From the NCBI RefSeq assembly GCF_963921235.1, contig NC_086097.1, positions 244,530,001 through 244,594,000 of the forward strand: a DNA stretch of 64,000 bases, read 5' to 3'. This document shows positions 1 to 11,400 of this stretch, one piece after another (positions within the stretch are counted from its first letter, which is position 1; each line of letters opens with the position of its first letter). This DNA comes from Mobula hypostoma (Eukaryota). Below the pieces are notes generated by a model that was given only the letters and a program-made list of their open reading frames with translations, was not told where the DNA came from and did no database searches. The translations under genes were made by a program, and so were the position numbers.

Positions 1-197
1 GTTAATGAGAGATGTCAATGGCCAGACTGGCTCAAGCTGATGACAGAAGGGAACAGAAACTCAAATAGCCACGTTACTACAGTGCTATACAGAAGAGCAT
101 TTCTGAATGTGCAACACTTCGAACCTTGAAGTGGATGGGCTACAGCAGAAGACCATGAGCATTTAAGAGGTACCTAATAAAGTGGCCACTGAATGTA
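1..197. mobile_element. Tc1/mariner-type non-autonomous element, terminal fragment
   Basis: Ends in gtacctaataaagtggccactgaatgTA; related TIR and internal sequence recur at 27662-28286, 41060-41552 and 13980-14150. Confidence 0.7.
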
Positions 198-1571
198 TCT
201 GCTCTATTTCCTTTTCAGCATACATATTCTTTCTTAGGTAGAGATAAACACTATACTCTATAGTGCATTCTCACCAAGGACCTAAGTAATAAATATGCAG
301 CAAAGACACATTTGCTCCTGCACTCAAAACCTCGTGATAAGGGCCAACACACCATCTGCCTTGCTGATTGTTACACCTGCATGTTGGCTTTTGGTAACTT
401 AAGCACAAGACCATAAGGCTTATCCCAGAACATCAACTTTATCCAATGTCTCACTCTGCTTTTCTCTTCTCTGGAGTCAAAGAGAATTCTTTTAAAAACA
501 TCATATTGCACCTGCAAAGCGTCTGTACCATAATGAATTAAAAACATTATAATCAATAAAAGTTAATTTCTTGCTTCTCCAAATTCCTACGTGATCCAAG
601 TAGTCTGAAATTATATTTGTGTTCAGCTTCAAGCAGCCTATCATAAATAAGAAAAATTCTGAGGAAAGAACACTTCTGAAAAATTTGTTGTCCAGTGTTA
701 TCTATATCCGCAAGTCTGCTGGAGGCTGGAGGCCGAAGGCCGAAAACGGTCTGTCCACAGGATGTTTGTCTGGTCTGTGTGTGCAGGTGAGTTGGTGGGA
801 GAGAGGACCTGGACTTGTTTTGCTGTTGTTGCTTGTGTTGTCTGTGAACATGATGGACATGCTATGTTGGCACCAAATGCATGACGGTACCTGCAGGCTG
901 TCCCCAGTACATCCTCAGGTTGCGTGTTGTGTTGTGTTGCATCATTCTTGATGCATTTCACTGTATGTTTCAACGTACATATGAATCTGAGTCCTTGTAA
1001 ATGCTTTGTAATTTCCTCCCAATTCAAAAATTTATGTCAAGTAAGCAGGGAAATATAACACGTGATCCAATAAATTCATTGATTAAGACTACAAAAAGCT
1101 GCAAATTCCTCTGGTACCCCTTGACACCCCAAGCACAATTTTATTCCCACCTCAGTTTCCTGTTTGATAACTAAATTCTCAACCCACTTCAATACAATTT
1201 GCTCTGATCTCATTGACCAGCTCCTTGCATGAGGCCTCTTGAAAGCTTGATTAAAATTATAATAGTGGATTCTGGTTAATCAGGGCAGATGCTTATTTGG
1301 TCCAACTCTTAAAGAACAGAAACTAATCAGGGAAATAGCTGGGATTCCCTTTGTTTACTTGGGACACTATGCTGCTTAAAAGAGATAGGAGACTGTTTCT
1401 GAATAGTTTCTAACTAGTGTTAGTCGTATGTACTTGTGTGGCCCTTAAACACCACACCATACTTAGAGCAAACAGTTTTTAAATAGCGTCAGTTGCATGT
1501 ATTTGTGTTTAAAACGCTGTGGCTTTTGTCACTGATAATTGGCGAGAAATAAGCATAAAGACAATTTGGAA

Positions 1572-2167
1572 ACGCAAACATGAGGAAATCTGCAGATGCT
1601 GGAATTTCAAGCAACACACATAAAAGTTGCTGGTGAACGCAGCAGGCCAGGCAGCATCTCTAGGAAGAGGTACAGACAATGTTTCGGGCCGAGACCCTTC
1701 GTCAGGACTAACTGAAAGAAGAGCTAGTAAGGGATTTGAAAGTGGGAGGGGGAACATTGACTTCTCAAACTTCCGCTAATGCCCCACCTCCCCCTTGTAC
1801 CCCATCTGTTATTTATTTTTACACACATTATTTTTCTCTCTCTCCTTTTTCTCCCTCTGTCCCTCTGACTATACCCCTTGCCCATCCTTTGGGCTCCCCC
1901 CCCCCCGCCTTTCTTTCTCCCTAGGCCTCCTGTCCCATGATCCTCTCATATCCCTTTTGCCAATCAACTGTCCAGCTCTTGGCTCCATCCCTCCCCCTCC
2001 TGTCTTCTCCTATCATTTCGGATCTCCCCCACCTACTTTCAAATCTCTTACTAGCTCTTCTTTCAGTTAGTCCCGATGAAGGGTCTTGGCCTGAAACGTC
2101 GACTGTACCTCTTCCTAGAGATGCTGCCTGGCCTGCTGTGTTCACCAGCAACTTTTATGTGTGTTGC
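1572..2167 (+). mobile_element. Penelope-like element 3' end with inverted 5' segment
   Basis: 14-bp TSD AAGACAATTTGGAA (1558-1571, 2168-2181); ORF end NIDFSNFR* near 1753-1779; 133-bp inverted arms at 1611-1743 and 2035-2167; degenerate hammerhead motifs in both arms. Confidence 0.8.
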
Positions 2168-2309
2168 AAGACAATTTGGAACTATTTTGCTCACTGTGGG
2201 TTTCAAACATTCAGGCTTGGAGATGGCAGAAATGGCCGGGAGTGGAAATGAAATGAATTCACTACTTCAACAGGCTGTTCTGGAGGCTGAAGACCATCTG
2301 TCCACAGGA

Positions 2310-3445
2310 TGTTGAAAGTGTTCCAGAAGGCGTTCGATAAGGTACCACATAAAATAAGGATGCATAGTGTTGGGGTGATGTATTAGCATGAATAGAGGAC
2401 TGGTAAACTAACAGAAAGTACAGAGTTGGGAGCGGTGTGCCACAGGGGTCAGTGCTGGGCCCGCAACTGTTCACGATATACATTAACCATCTGGAAGAGG
2501 GGACCGAGTGTAGTGTATCTAAGTTTGCTGATGATACCAAATTGAGTGGAAAAGCAAATTGTGCAGAAGATATGGAGAGCCTGCAGAGAGATATAGATAG
2601 ATTAAGTGAGTGAGCAAGGTGTCTGGCAGATGGAATACAATGTTGGTAAATGTGAGGTCATCCACTTTGGAAAGAAAAATGGAAGATTAGGTTATTATTT
2701 AAATGGTAAAAGATTGCAGCATGCTGTTGTGCAGAAGGACTTGGGAGTGCTTGTGCATGAATCACCAAAGGTTGGTTGGTTTGCAGGTACAGTAGGCTAT
2801 CAAGAAGGCAAATGAATGCTGGCCTTCAATGCTAGAGGGATTGAATTTAAGAACAGGGAGGTTATGCTGCAACTGTACAGGGTACTGGTGAGGCCGCACC
2901 TGGAGTACTGTGTGCAGTTCTGGTCTCCTTACTTGGGGAAGGATAGACTGGCTTTGGAGGCGGTACAAAGGAAGTTCACCAGGTTGATTCCAGAGATGAG
3001 GGGGTTAGACTATGAGGAGAGATTGAGTTGCCTGGCTCTGTACTCACTGGAATTCAGAATAAGAGATCTTATAGAAGCATATAAAATTATGGAAGGGGTA
3101 GATAACATAGAGGCAGGAAAGTTGTTTCCACTGGTAGATGAGACTGGAACTAGGGGACATAGCCTCAAGATTTGGGGGAGTAGATTTAGGATTGAGATGA
3201 GGAGAAACTGCTTTTCCCGGAGAGTGGCGAATCTGTGGAATACTCTGCCCAATGAAGGAGTGGAGGCTACTTAAGACAAGGTTGGACAGATTTTTGCATA
3301 GTAGGGGAATTAAGGATTATGGGGAAAAGGCAGGCAGGTGGAAATGAGTCTATGGCCAGATCAGCCATGATGTTATTGAATAGCGGAAGAAGTTTGACGG
3401 GCCAGATGGCCTACTCCTGCTTCTATCTCTTACGTTATTATGTAA
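2310..3445 (+). mobile_element. CR1 LINE, 5'-truncated RT/3' portion
   Basis: [19 protein letters not shown] and [15 protein letters not shown] motifs with frameshifts. Confidence 0.9.
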
Positions 3446-4071
3446 TGTTAGGAACTATGAAGAACTTGAAGGCATCGACAAACATCCTGAATGTTATAAT
3501 GAAAATGAAGATTTGGAGGATCTAATCATTGAAATGATTGTATCAAGGCCATCCATTATCTGCACTTAGGTGTCTGCACTGATTTTGTTCATTTACAGTC
3601 AATTAAAAGAACAAAGAAGCAGACACTGGATGAATTCCTCTGCTGACAACTATTACGAAATAATACAGTTTTATAGTACTGAGGTAGCACTAATAGTGCT
3701 CTAAGTTGTTCTGTTTTTCATTTAAATACACAATGTGTTACTCAGTTAAACAATAGTTTCTCTTTTCTATATCTTTTTAACTATTTCCATGAAACTTTGG
3801 GTAATTGGGGCAGCCATTTAATTGGACCAAAAGGTATTGGTCCCAATGCGTCCCAATTAACTGGAACTCACTGTGTATTAATACATATATCCAGTGGTTC
3901 CTCCCTCATTCATTCTACGAGTCGCATCCCTAAAGGATGCCAGTGGATCAATCAAACATGAACTTCATAATCAATCCATGCTGACTCCCATTTCTCTTCT
4001 CAAGGTGTTCTTTCATTACAATCATAATAGTTGAAATCAAAATTTTCCTTCTACTGACATTATGTTAGGGT

Positions 4072-4269
4072 AAAAAAGGATATAATGCGTTCCCGGCATA
4101 TATGACGAATGAGCCCTTCTCAAGCTTCCAGCCAGGTACAGGTCACTATTATAACCAACGTTTCGAGGGCAAACTCCACCATCTTCATGAAGATGGCAGG
4201 GACTGTCATCAAAACATTGGTTATAATTGATACCTGTAACCGGCTAGGAGCCTGAGAAGAGTTTATTCT
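4072..4269. mobile_element. Fold-back insertion, probably inverted termini of a second Penelope-like family
   Basis: 12-bp TSD TTATGTTAGGGT (4060-4071, 4270-4281); 4107-4268 is an imperfect palindrome centred on CATCTTCATGAAGATG. Confidence 0.65.
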
Positions 4270-4344
4270 TTATGTTAGGGTGTTCCCTGCACTCTCTCTC
4301 TTTCCCTCTCATGTATTTATATGATACTCGTTTAACATCTGAAA

Positions 4345-4800
4345 TCATAGTGCAGAAACAAGTCTTCTGGCCCATCTAGTCTGTGCTAAACTGCTATTCT
4401 GCCTGGTTCCATCCACCCCACAACTGGACCATAGTCCTCCACACCCCTCCCATCCATGTGCTAACCCAAACTTCCCAAATGTTGCAAGAGAACCCATATC
4501 CAGCACTTCCGCTGGCAGCTCATTCCACACTTGCACCACCCTGCGAGTGAAGACGTTCGCTCTATGGTTCCCCTTAAACATTTCACCTTTCACTCTTAAA
4601 CCACGTCTCACCCAACCTTAGTGGAAAAAGCTTGCTTGCATTTACTCTATCTGTATCCCTCAAAATTTTGCATACCTCTATCATATCTCCTCTCATTCTC
4701 CTATGCTCCAAGGAAAAAAAGTCCTATCCTATTCAACCTTTCCCTATAACTCAGGTTTGCAAGTCTGCACAATGTCTTTGTAAATTTTCTCTGTACTCTT
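4345..4800 (-). mobile_element. CR1 LINE 3' fragment
   Basis: LRVKGEMFKGN..NVFTRRVVQVWNELP C-terminal motif. Confidence 0.8.
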
Positions 4801-4894
4801 TCTACTGATTTCATTTCATTAGTATTTACTATTTAACATTCTGGGGGGGAAATGCACAGCATGAGGAAAGTAAAAAGGAAATGAATTAGGTTGC

Positions 4895-5072
4895 CTCATC
4901 CAGGATTTCTCTGTTCCTCTGCAGAAGCTCTGGAAGATCTTTCATAAGTTGATTTATTGTCTGGAGGCCACCCTGTTGAATCACGCTGCTGGACTTCTCC
5001 AAGATTGACTGTGGGATACTGTCACCAGAAACATCTTCTATGGCGGCAGGCAAATTCAAGGAAGCCAGAACT
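4895..5072 (-). CDS. PDCD6IP: PDCD6IP exon 10 (178 nt; apparent GC donor)
   Basis: ttttgtag|A GTT CTG...GAT GAG|gcaacc; [59 protein letters not shown]; read-through hits TAA at the third codon. Confidence 0.92.
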
Positions 5073-8000
5073 CTACAAAATAATTTTTAAAAAAACAATT
5101 ATCCATTGCTTTTAAACATCTATCCTCCATAAATTTTCTTTGAATTGGATGTTTGCACTCTGACTGGTGAGACTATACCAATTATATTTAGGGAATTTAG
5201 AAAACTGTAACAAAATGATCTTACTCCAAACTGATGTCATGAACACTGATTTCTGTAATGTCCAGTAATTTCATCCCTTTGCCCTTCTCACTTTTTCTAT
5301 TCCCCATTCTGGTTCCCTTCTTACCCCTTCCCATCACCTCCCTCTGGTTGCCCTTCTTCCCTTTCTTCCATGCTCCACTGTCCTCTATCAGATTCGTTCT
5401 TCTTCAGCCCATGACGTTTTCCACTTAATACCTCTCAGTTGCTTACTTCACCCACCTTTCCCCATCCCCGGTCCCACCTATTACTTGCAACAAGAGAGTA
5501 AGAGGTGGAGAGTTTCTTAAATGCATCTATTTTAATGCTAGAGCATTGTAAGAAAGGTGGATAAGCTTAGAGCATGGATTGACACCTGGAAATATGATGT
5601 TGTAGCTATTAGTGAAACATGGCTGCAGGAGGGGTGCGATTGGCAAATAAATATTTCTGGATTTCGTTGCTTCAGGTGTGATAGAATCAGAGGGGCAAGA
5701 GGGGGAGGTGTTGCATTCTTGTCAGAGAAAATATTACAGCAGTGCTTTGGCAGGATAGATTAGAAGACTCCTCTAGGGAGGCTGTTTGGGTGGAGTTGAG
5801 GAATGGAAAAAGTGTAGTAACGCTTATAGGGGTGTATTATAGGCCACGTAATGGGGAGCAAGAATTGGAGGAGCACATTTGTAAGGAGATAGCAGGTATT
5901 TGTAGTTAGCACAAGGTTGTGATTGTGGGAGATTTTAATTTTCCACACCTAGCCTGGGAAGCCCATTCTGTAAAAAGGCTGGATGGTTTGGAGTTTGCAA
6001 AATGTGTGCAAGATAGCTTTTTGCAGCAATACATAGAGGTACCAACTAGAGAAGGGGCAGTGTTGGATCTCCTGTTAGGGAATGAGATAGGTCAGGTGAC
6101 AGAGCTATGTTTTGGAGAGCACTTTGGGTCCAGTGATCACAATGCCATTAGTTTCAATATAATTATGGAAAAGGATAGGACTGGATCCAGGGTTGAGATT
6201 TTTGATTGGAGAGAGGCTAACTTTGAGGAGATGCGAAAGGATTTAGGAGGAGTGGATTGGGACAATTTGTTTTATGGGAAGGATGTAATAGAGAAATGGA
6301 GGTCATTTAAAGGTGAAATTTTGAGAGCACAGAAACTTTATGTTCCTGTTAGGTTGAAAGGAAAGGTTAAAAGTTTGAGAGAGTCATGGTTTTCAAGGGA
6401 TATTGGAAACTTGGTTCGGAAAAAGCGAGAGATCTACAATAAATATAGGCAGCTTGGAGTAAATGAGGTGCTCGAGGAATATAAAGAATGTAAAAAGAAT
6501 CTTAAGAAAGAAATTAGAAAAGCTAAAAGAAGATATGAGGTTGCTTTGACAAGTAAGGTGAAAATAAATCTAAAGGGTTTCTACAGTTATATTAATAGCA
6601 AAAGGATAGTGAGGGATAAAATTGGTCCCTTAGAGAATAAGAGTGGACGACTATGTGCGGAGCCAAAGAGATGGGGGAAATTTTGGACAACTTTTTTTCT
6701 GTATTCACTAAGCAGAAGGATATTGAATTGTGTAAGGTAAGGGAAACAAGTAGGGTAGTTATGGAAACTATGACAATTAAAGAAGAGGAAGTACTGGCGC
6801 TTTTAAGGAATATAAAAGTGGATAAATCTCCGGGTCCTGACAGGATATTCCCTAGGACCTTGAGGGAAGTTAGGTAGAAGTAGCAGGGGCTCTGACAGAA
6901 GTATTTCAAATGTCATTAGAAATGGGGATGGTGCCGGAGGAATGGTGTATTGCTCATGTTGTTCCATTGTTTAAAAAGGGTTCTAAGAGTAAACCTAGCA
7001 ATTATCGGCCTGTGCGTTTGACGTCAGTGGTGGGTAAATCGATGGAAAGTACTTAGAGATGGTATGTATAATTATCTGGATAGACAAGGTCTAATCAGGA
7101 ATAGTCGACATGGATTTGTGCGTGGAAGGTCATGTTTGACAAATCTTATTGAATTTTTTGAAGAGGTTACTAGGAAAGTTGATGAGGGTAAAGTGGTGGA
7201 TGTTGTCCATATGGACTTCAGTAAGGCCTTTGACAAGGTTCCACATAGAAGGTTAGTTAGGAAGGTTCAATCGTTAGGTATTAAAATTGAAGTAGTAAAA
7301 TGGATTCAGCAGTGGCTGGATGGGAAACGCCACAAAGTAAGTGGTGGATAACTGTTTGTCAGATTGGAGGCTGGTGACTAGTGGTGTGCCTCAGGGATCT
7401 GTTCTGGGTCCAATGTTGTTTGTCATATATATTAATGATCTGGATAATGGGGTGGTAAATTGGACACTAAGATAGGTGGAGTTGTGGATAATGAAGTAGG
7501 TTTTCAAACTTTGCAGAGAGATTTAGGCCAGTTAGAAGAGTGGGCTGAAAGATGGCAGATGGAGTTTAATGCTGATAAATGTGAGGTGCTACATTTTGGT
7601 AGGACTAATCAAAATAGGACATACATGGTAAATGGTAGGGCATTGAAGAATGCAGTAGAACAGAGGAATCTAGGAATAATGGTGCATAGTTCCCTGAAGG
7701 TGGAATCTCATGTGGATAGGGCGGTGATGAAAGCTTTTGGTATGTTGGCCTTTATAAATCAGAGCATTGAGTATAGGAGTTGGGGTGTAATGTTGAAATT
7801 GCACAAGGCATTGGTAAGGCCAAATTTGGAGTATTGTGTACAGTTCTGGTCACTGAATTATAGGAAAGATGTCAACAAAATTGAGAGAGTACAGGGAAGA
7901 TTTACAAGTATGTTACCTGGGTTTCATCTCCTAAGTTACAGAAAAAGGTTGAATAAGTTGGGTTATTATCCTTTGGAGCGTAGAAGATTGAGCGAGGACT

Positions 8001-8372
8001 TGATAGAGGTATTTAAAATTATGAGGGGGATAGATAGAGTTGACATGCATAGGCTTTTTCCATTGAGAGTGGGGGAGATTCAAACAAGAGGACACGAGTT
8101 GAGAGTTAAAGGGCAAAAGTTTACGGGATAACATGAGGGGGAACTTCTTTAGTCAGAGACTGGCAGCTGTGTGGAACGAGCTTCCAGCAGAAGTGGTTGA
8201 GGCAGGTTCGATGTTGTCATTTAAAGTTAAATTGGATAGCTATATGGACAGGAAAGAAATGGAGGGTTACGGGCTGAGTGCAGGCGGTGGGACTACGTGA
8301 GAGTAAGAGTTCTGCACGGACTAGAAGGGCCGAGATGGCCTGCTTCCGTGCAGTAATTGTTTTATTTTTATT

Positions 8373-8434
<62 letters not shown>

Positions 8435-11400
8435 ATAACTTGTACTCCTTCCCCTCCCCGTACATTATTATTATAGTTCTTCCCCCTCCCTTTCCAAATT
8501 GATGGAGGGTTTTGGCACAAAGCAGGAACTGTTTATTCCCCTGCATAGGTGCTGGTACCTGCTGAGTTCCCCCAGCATCTTGTGTGTGTTCCTCAAAAGC
8601 TCAACAGGATACAATTGAATTTATTTTCATTTTTCCTCACTAACAACATTATCATCGTCTGCCGTGTCATATGAGCTTGGCGATCATGGTCTCATGACCA
8701 TGATTGTTTTTGGCAAATTTTTCTACAGAATTGGCTTGCCATTGCCTTCTGGGCAGTGTCTTTACAAGACGGATGACCCCAGACATTATCAATACTCTTC
8801 AGAGATTGTCTGCCTGGTGTCAGTGGTTGCATAACCAGGACTTGTGATATGCACCAGCTGCTCATACGACCCTCCACCACCTGCTCCCATGGCTTCATGT
8901 GACCCTGACTGGGGGTAAGCAGGTGCTACACCTTGCCCAAGGGTGACCTGCAGGCTAGTGGAGGGAAGGAACATCTTACACCTCCTTTGGTGGAAACGCA
9001 TCTCCATCCCACCACCCAAACCCCACTAACAAAACACCTATTGACTGATGACCATTAGGGAATTCGAGAAGGTGGTAGATGTTGGCTTGTGGAACAAAGG
9101 AAGATCAGCACCCATATGGCACTAAATTCTCCAGTTGATTTGGGGACGAGAGATAAAGTGAAATGGTATTAAACTTTCTGTAATTCTTAGAGTTAAGCCA
9201 AGTGCAAGGTGAGGGCCATGAATCAAATTCCTCTAGCAAATAAAATACTAAATAATTTCCGAATCACGAGGAAATCTGCAGATGCTGGAATTTCAAGCAA
9301 CACATATAAAAATTGCTGGTGAACGCAGCAGGCCAGGCAGCATCTATAGGAAGAGGTACAGTCGACGTTTCGGGCCGAGTCGCTTTGTCAGGACTAACTG
9401 AAAGAAGAGTTAGTAAGAGATTTGAAAGTGGGAGGGGGAGGGGGAGAACCGAAATGATAGGAGAAGACAGGAGGGGGAGGGATGGAGCCAAGAGCTGGAC
9501 AGGTGATTGGCAAAAGGGATATGAGAGGATCATGGGACGAGAGGCCTAGGGAGAAAGAAAGGGTGTGGGGGGAAGCCCAGAGGATGGGCAAGGAGTATAG
9601 TGAGAGGGACAGAGGGAGATAAAGAGAGAGAAATATATATATATATATAATAATAAATAAATAATGGATGGGGTACGAAGGGGAGGTGGGGCATTAACAG
9701 AAGTTAGTATGATTCAAGAATTTTATGATGATTAAACTGAGGTTGCCAATTCATCAGATATTTAAATAGTTTATCAGCAGCTTCTAAGCATTGGAGCTTC
9801 ATATTCACACTAAGATAGCCTGAAGAAAAATAATTACAGTATTCTCCAATTCTACAATGCCGGTTTTCTAGTGAATTGCCAAAACTCCATTTGTTATTGG
9901 AACTATCAGCTTATCGGTACACCTTATATATGGTAAATTGTGAAAATATTATTTTGCTAATAAAGACTGAAAAATAGTCACTGTGGGCAGTTTAAATGGT
10001 TTGGGATGGATTAGATGGGCCAAAGGGCCTGTTTCTGTGCTGTACTTTTCTATGACTTTAGGGCTGTACGCAAGGTGGGTATCACAGTAACATAATGTTT
10101 TACAACACACCAAGAGTTCAATTCCCAACAGCATCTGTAAGGAGTTTGTTCGTTCACCCCATGACTACATGGATTTCCTCCCACACTCCAAGGACGTAAG
10201 CATTAGGTTTAGTAAGTTGTGGGCGTGCTATGTTGGCGCTGGAAGCATGGTGACACTCGCGGGCTGCGCCCAACACATCCTCGAACTGTGTTGGTCATTG
10301 ATGCCAAAGACACAGTTCGCTGTGTTTCGATGTACATGTGACAAATAAAGCTAATGATTAGAAACTTTTCTTACCCATTGGCTAGGTTTGTGGATTCTCT
10401 CATCTGTGCAATCAATCTGTTGACCAAGTCAGCCCGCCTCTGATTGTAGACGCTCAGAGCTTGCTGCACTGCCAGCGGAACCATCTTCGCGAAGAGATCT
10501 AAACAGACAAATGTTCAGAAAGATGGGCTCAAACACATTCAGAATTACTTCTATATTACTTTACAACTCAAAATATTCTTTACCTGGGGCGGGTGCAGCT
10601 GTTGATTGGCAGGGAACTGAGAGTTCTATCAGTTTGGTACAATGCGTTCAAAATTATGAATAAAATTTTTAACTGAACATTATTTAGCAACTTGTCAGCA
10701 ATTGCATCCATCAAAACATGTACAGTTAGCAGAATTCATCTCATGGTTAAAGACAGTTTGCTATTTTGAGACCTCCATTGGTCAGGGTTGACCATGGATG
10801 TTGTGTCCCAGCTGTCTATGTCCTGACAAAGGGTCTCGGCCTGAAACGTCGACTGCACCTCTTTCTAGAGATGCTGCCTGGCCTGCTGCGTTCACCAGCA
10901 ACTTTTATGTGTGTTGCTTGAATTTCCAGCATCTGCAGAATTCCTGTTGTTTGTGTCTATGTGATATACAAGCCAGGGCAGTAGGATATGGAGAGCAAGC
11001 TGTTGCTCATGTAGCAGGCTCCCCCACTCCACACGGCTGATGAACACAAAGGAATGGTACAGACTGATACGGTTCGACACCAATGCTGTCGCAGGAATTG
11101 CCAGTCCTTGTTGAACTCAACTGTTAGAGCCTTAGGGACTGCAGCTCCAGACTCTTCCTCAGGGTTTACTCCCAAAGCCCTCCCCATACCGCAAGGCAGT
11201 GGAGGTTAGACATTAGTGTTTTCCTTCTCCTAGATGAGCTGCCAACCATGGCTGACAACCCCCATCTACCTGAGTTGACTGGTTTTAAGACGCCACTAAC
11301 CTGCCTTTGCCCCTTCTCCGGTCAGTAGAATCTGTTCCATCGACTTTAGCAGCTAAGCCACACGTGACAGCCAGTACCTAGACTTGGTTGTCAGTGGTTA

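Larger units (their letters stand above)
1263..3873 (+). mobile_element. Degenerate pogo/Tigger-like DNA transposon split by Penelope-like and CR1 insertions
   Basis: Imperfect TIRs tagtggattctggttaat (1263) and attaactggaactcactg (3873); internal remnant KTIWNYFAHCGFKHSG...LLQQ/VRNYEELEGID rejoins across the two inserts. Confidence 0.65.

Noticed and set aside
371..556. 61-aa minus-strand ORF as PDCD6IP exon 11
   Set aside because: No similarity to the expected SLRLLDEEE...WQRTPS sequence.
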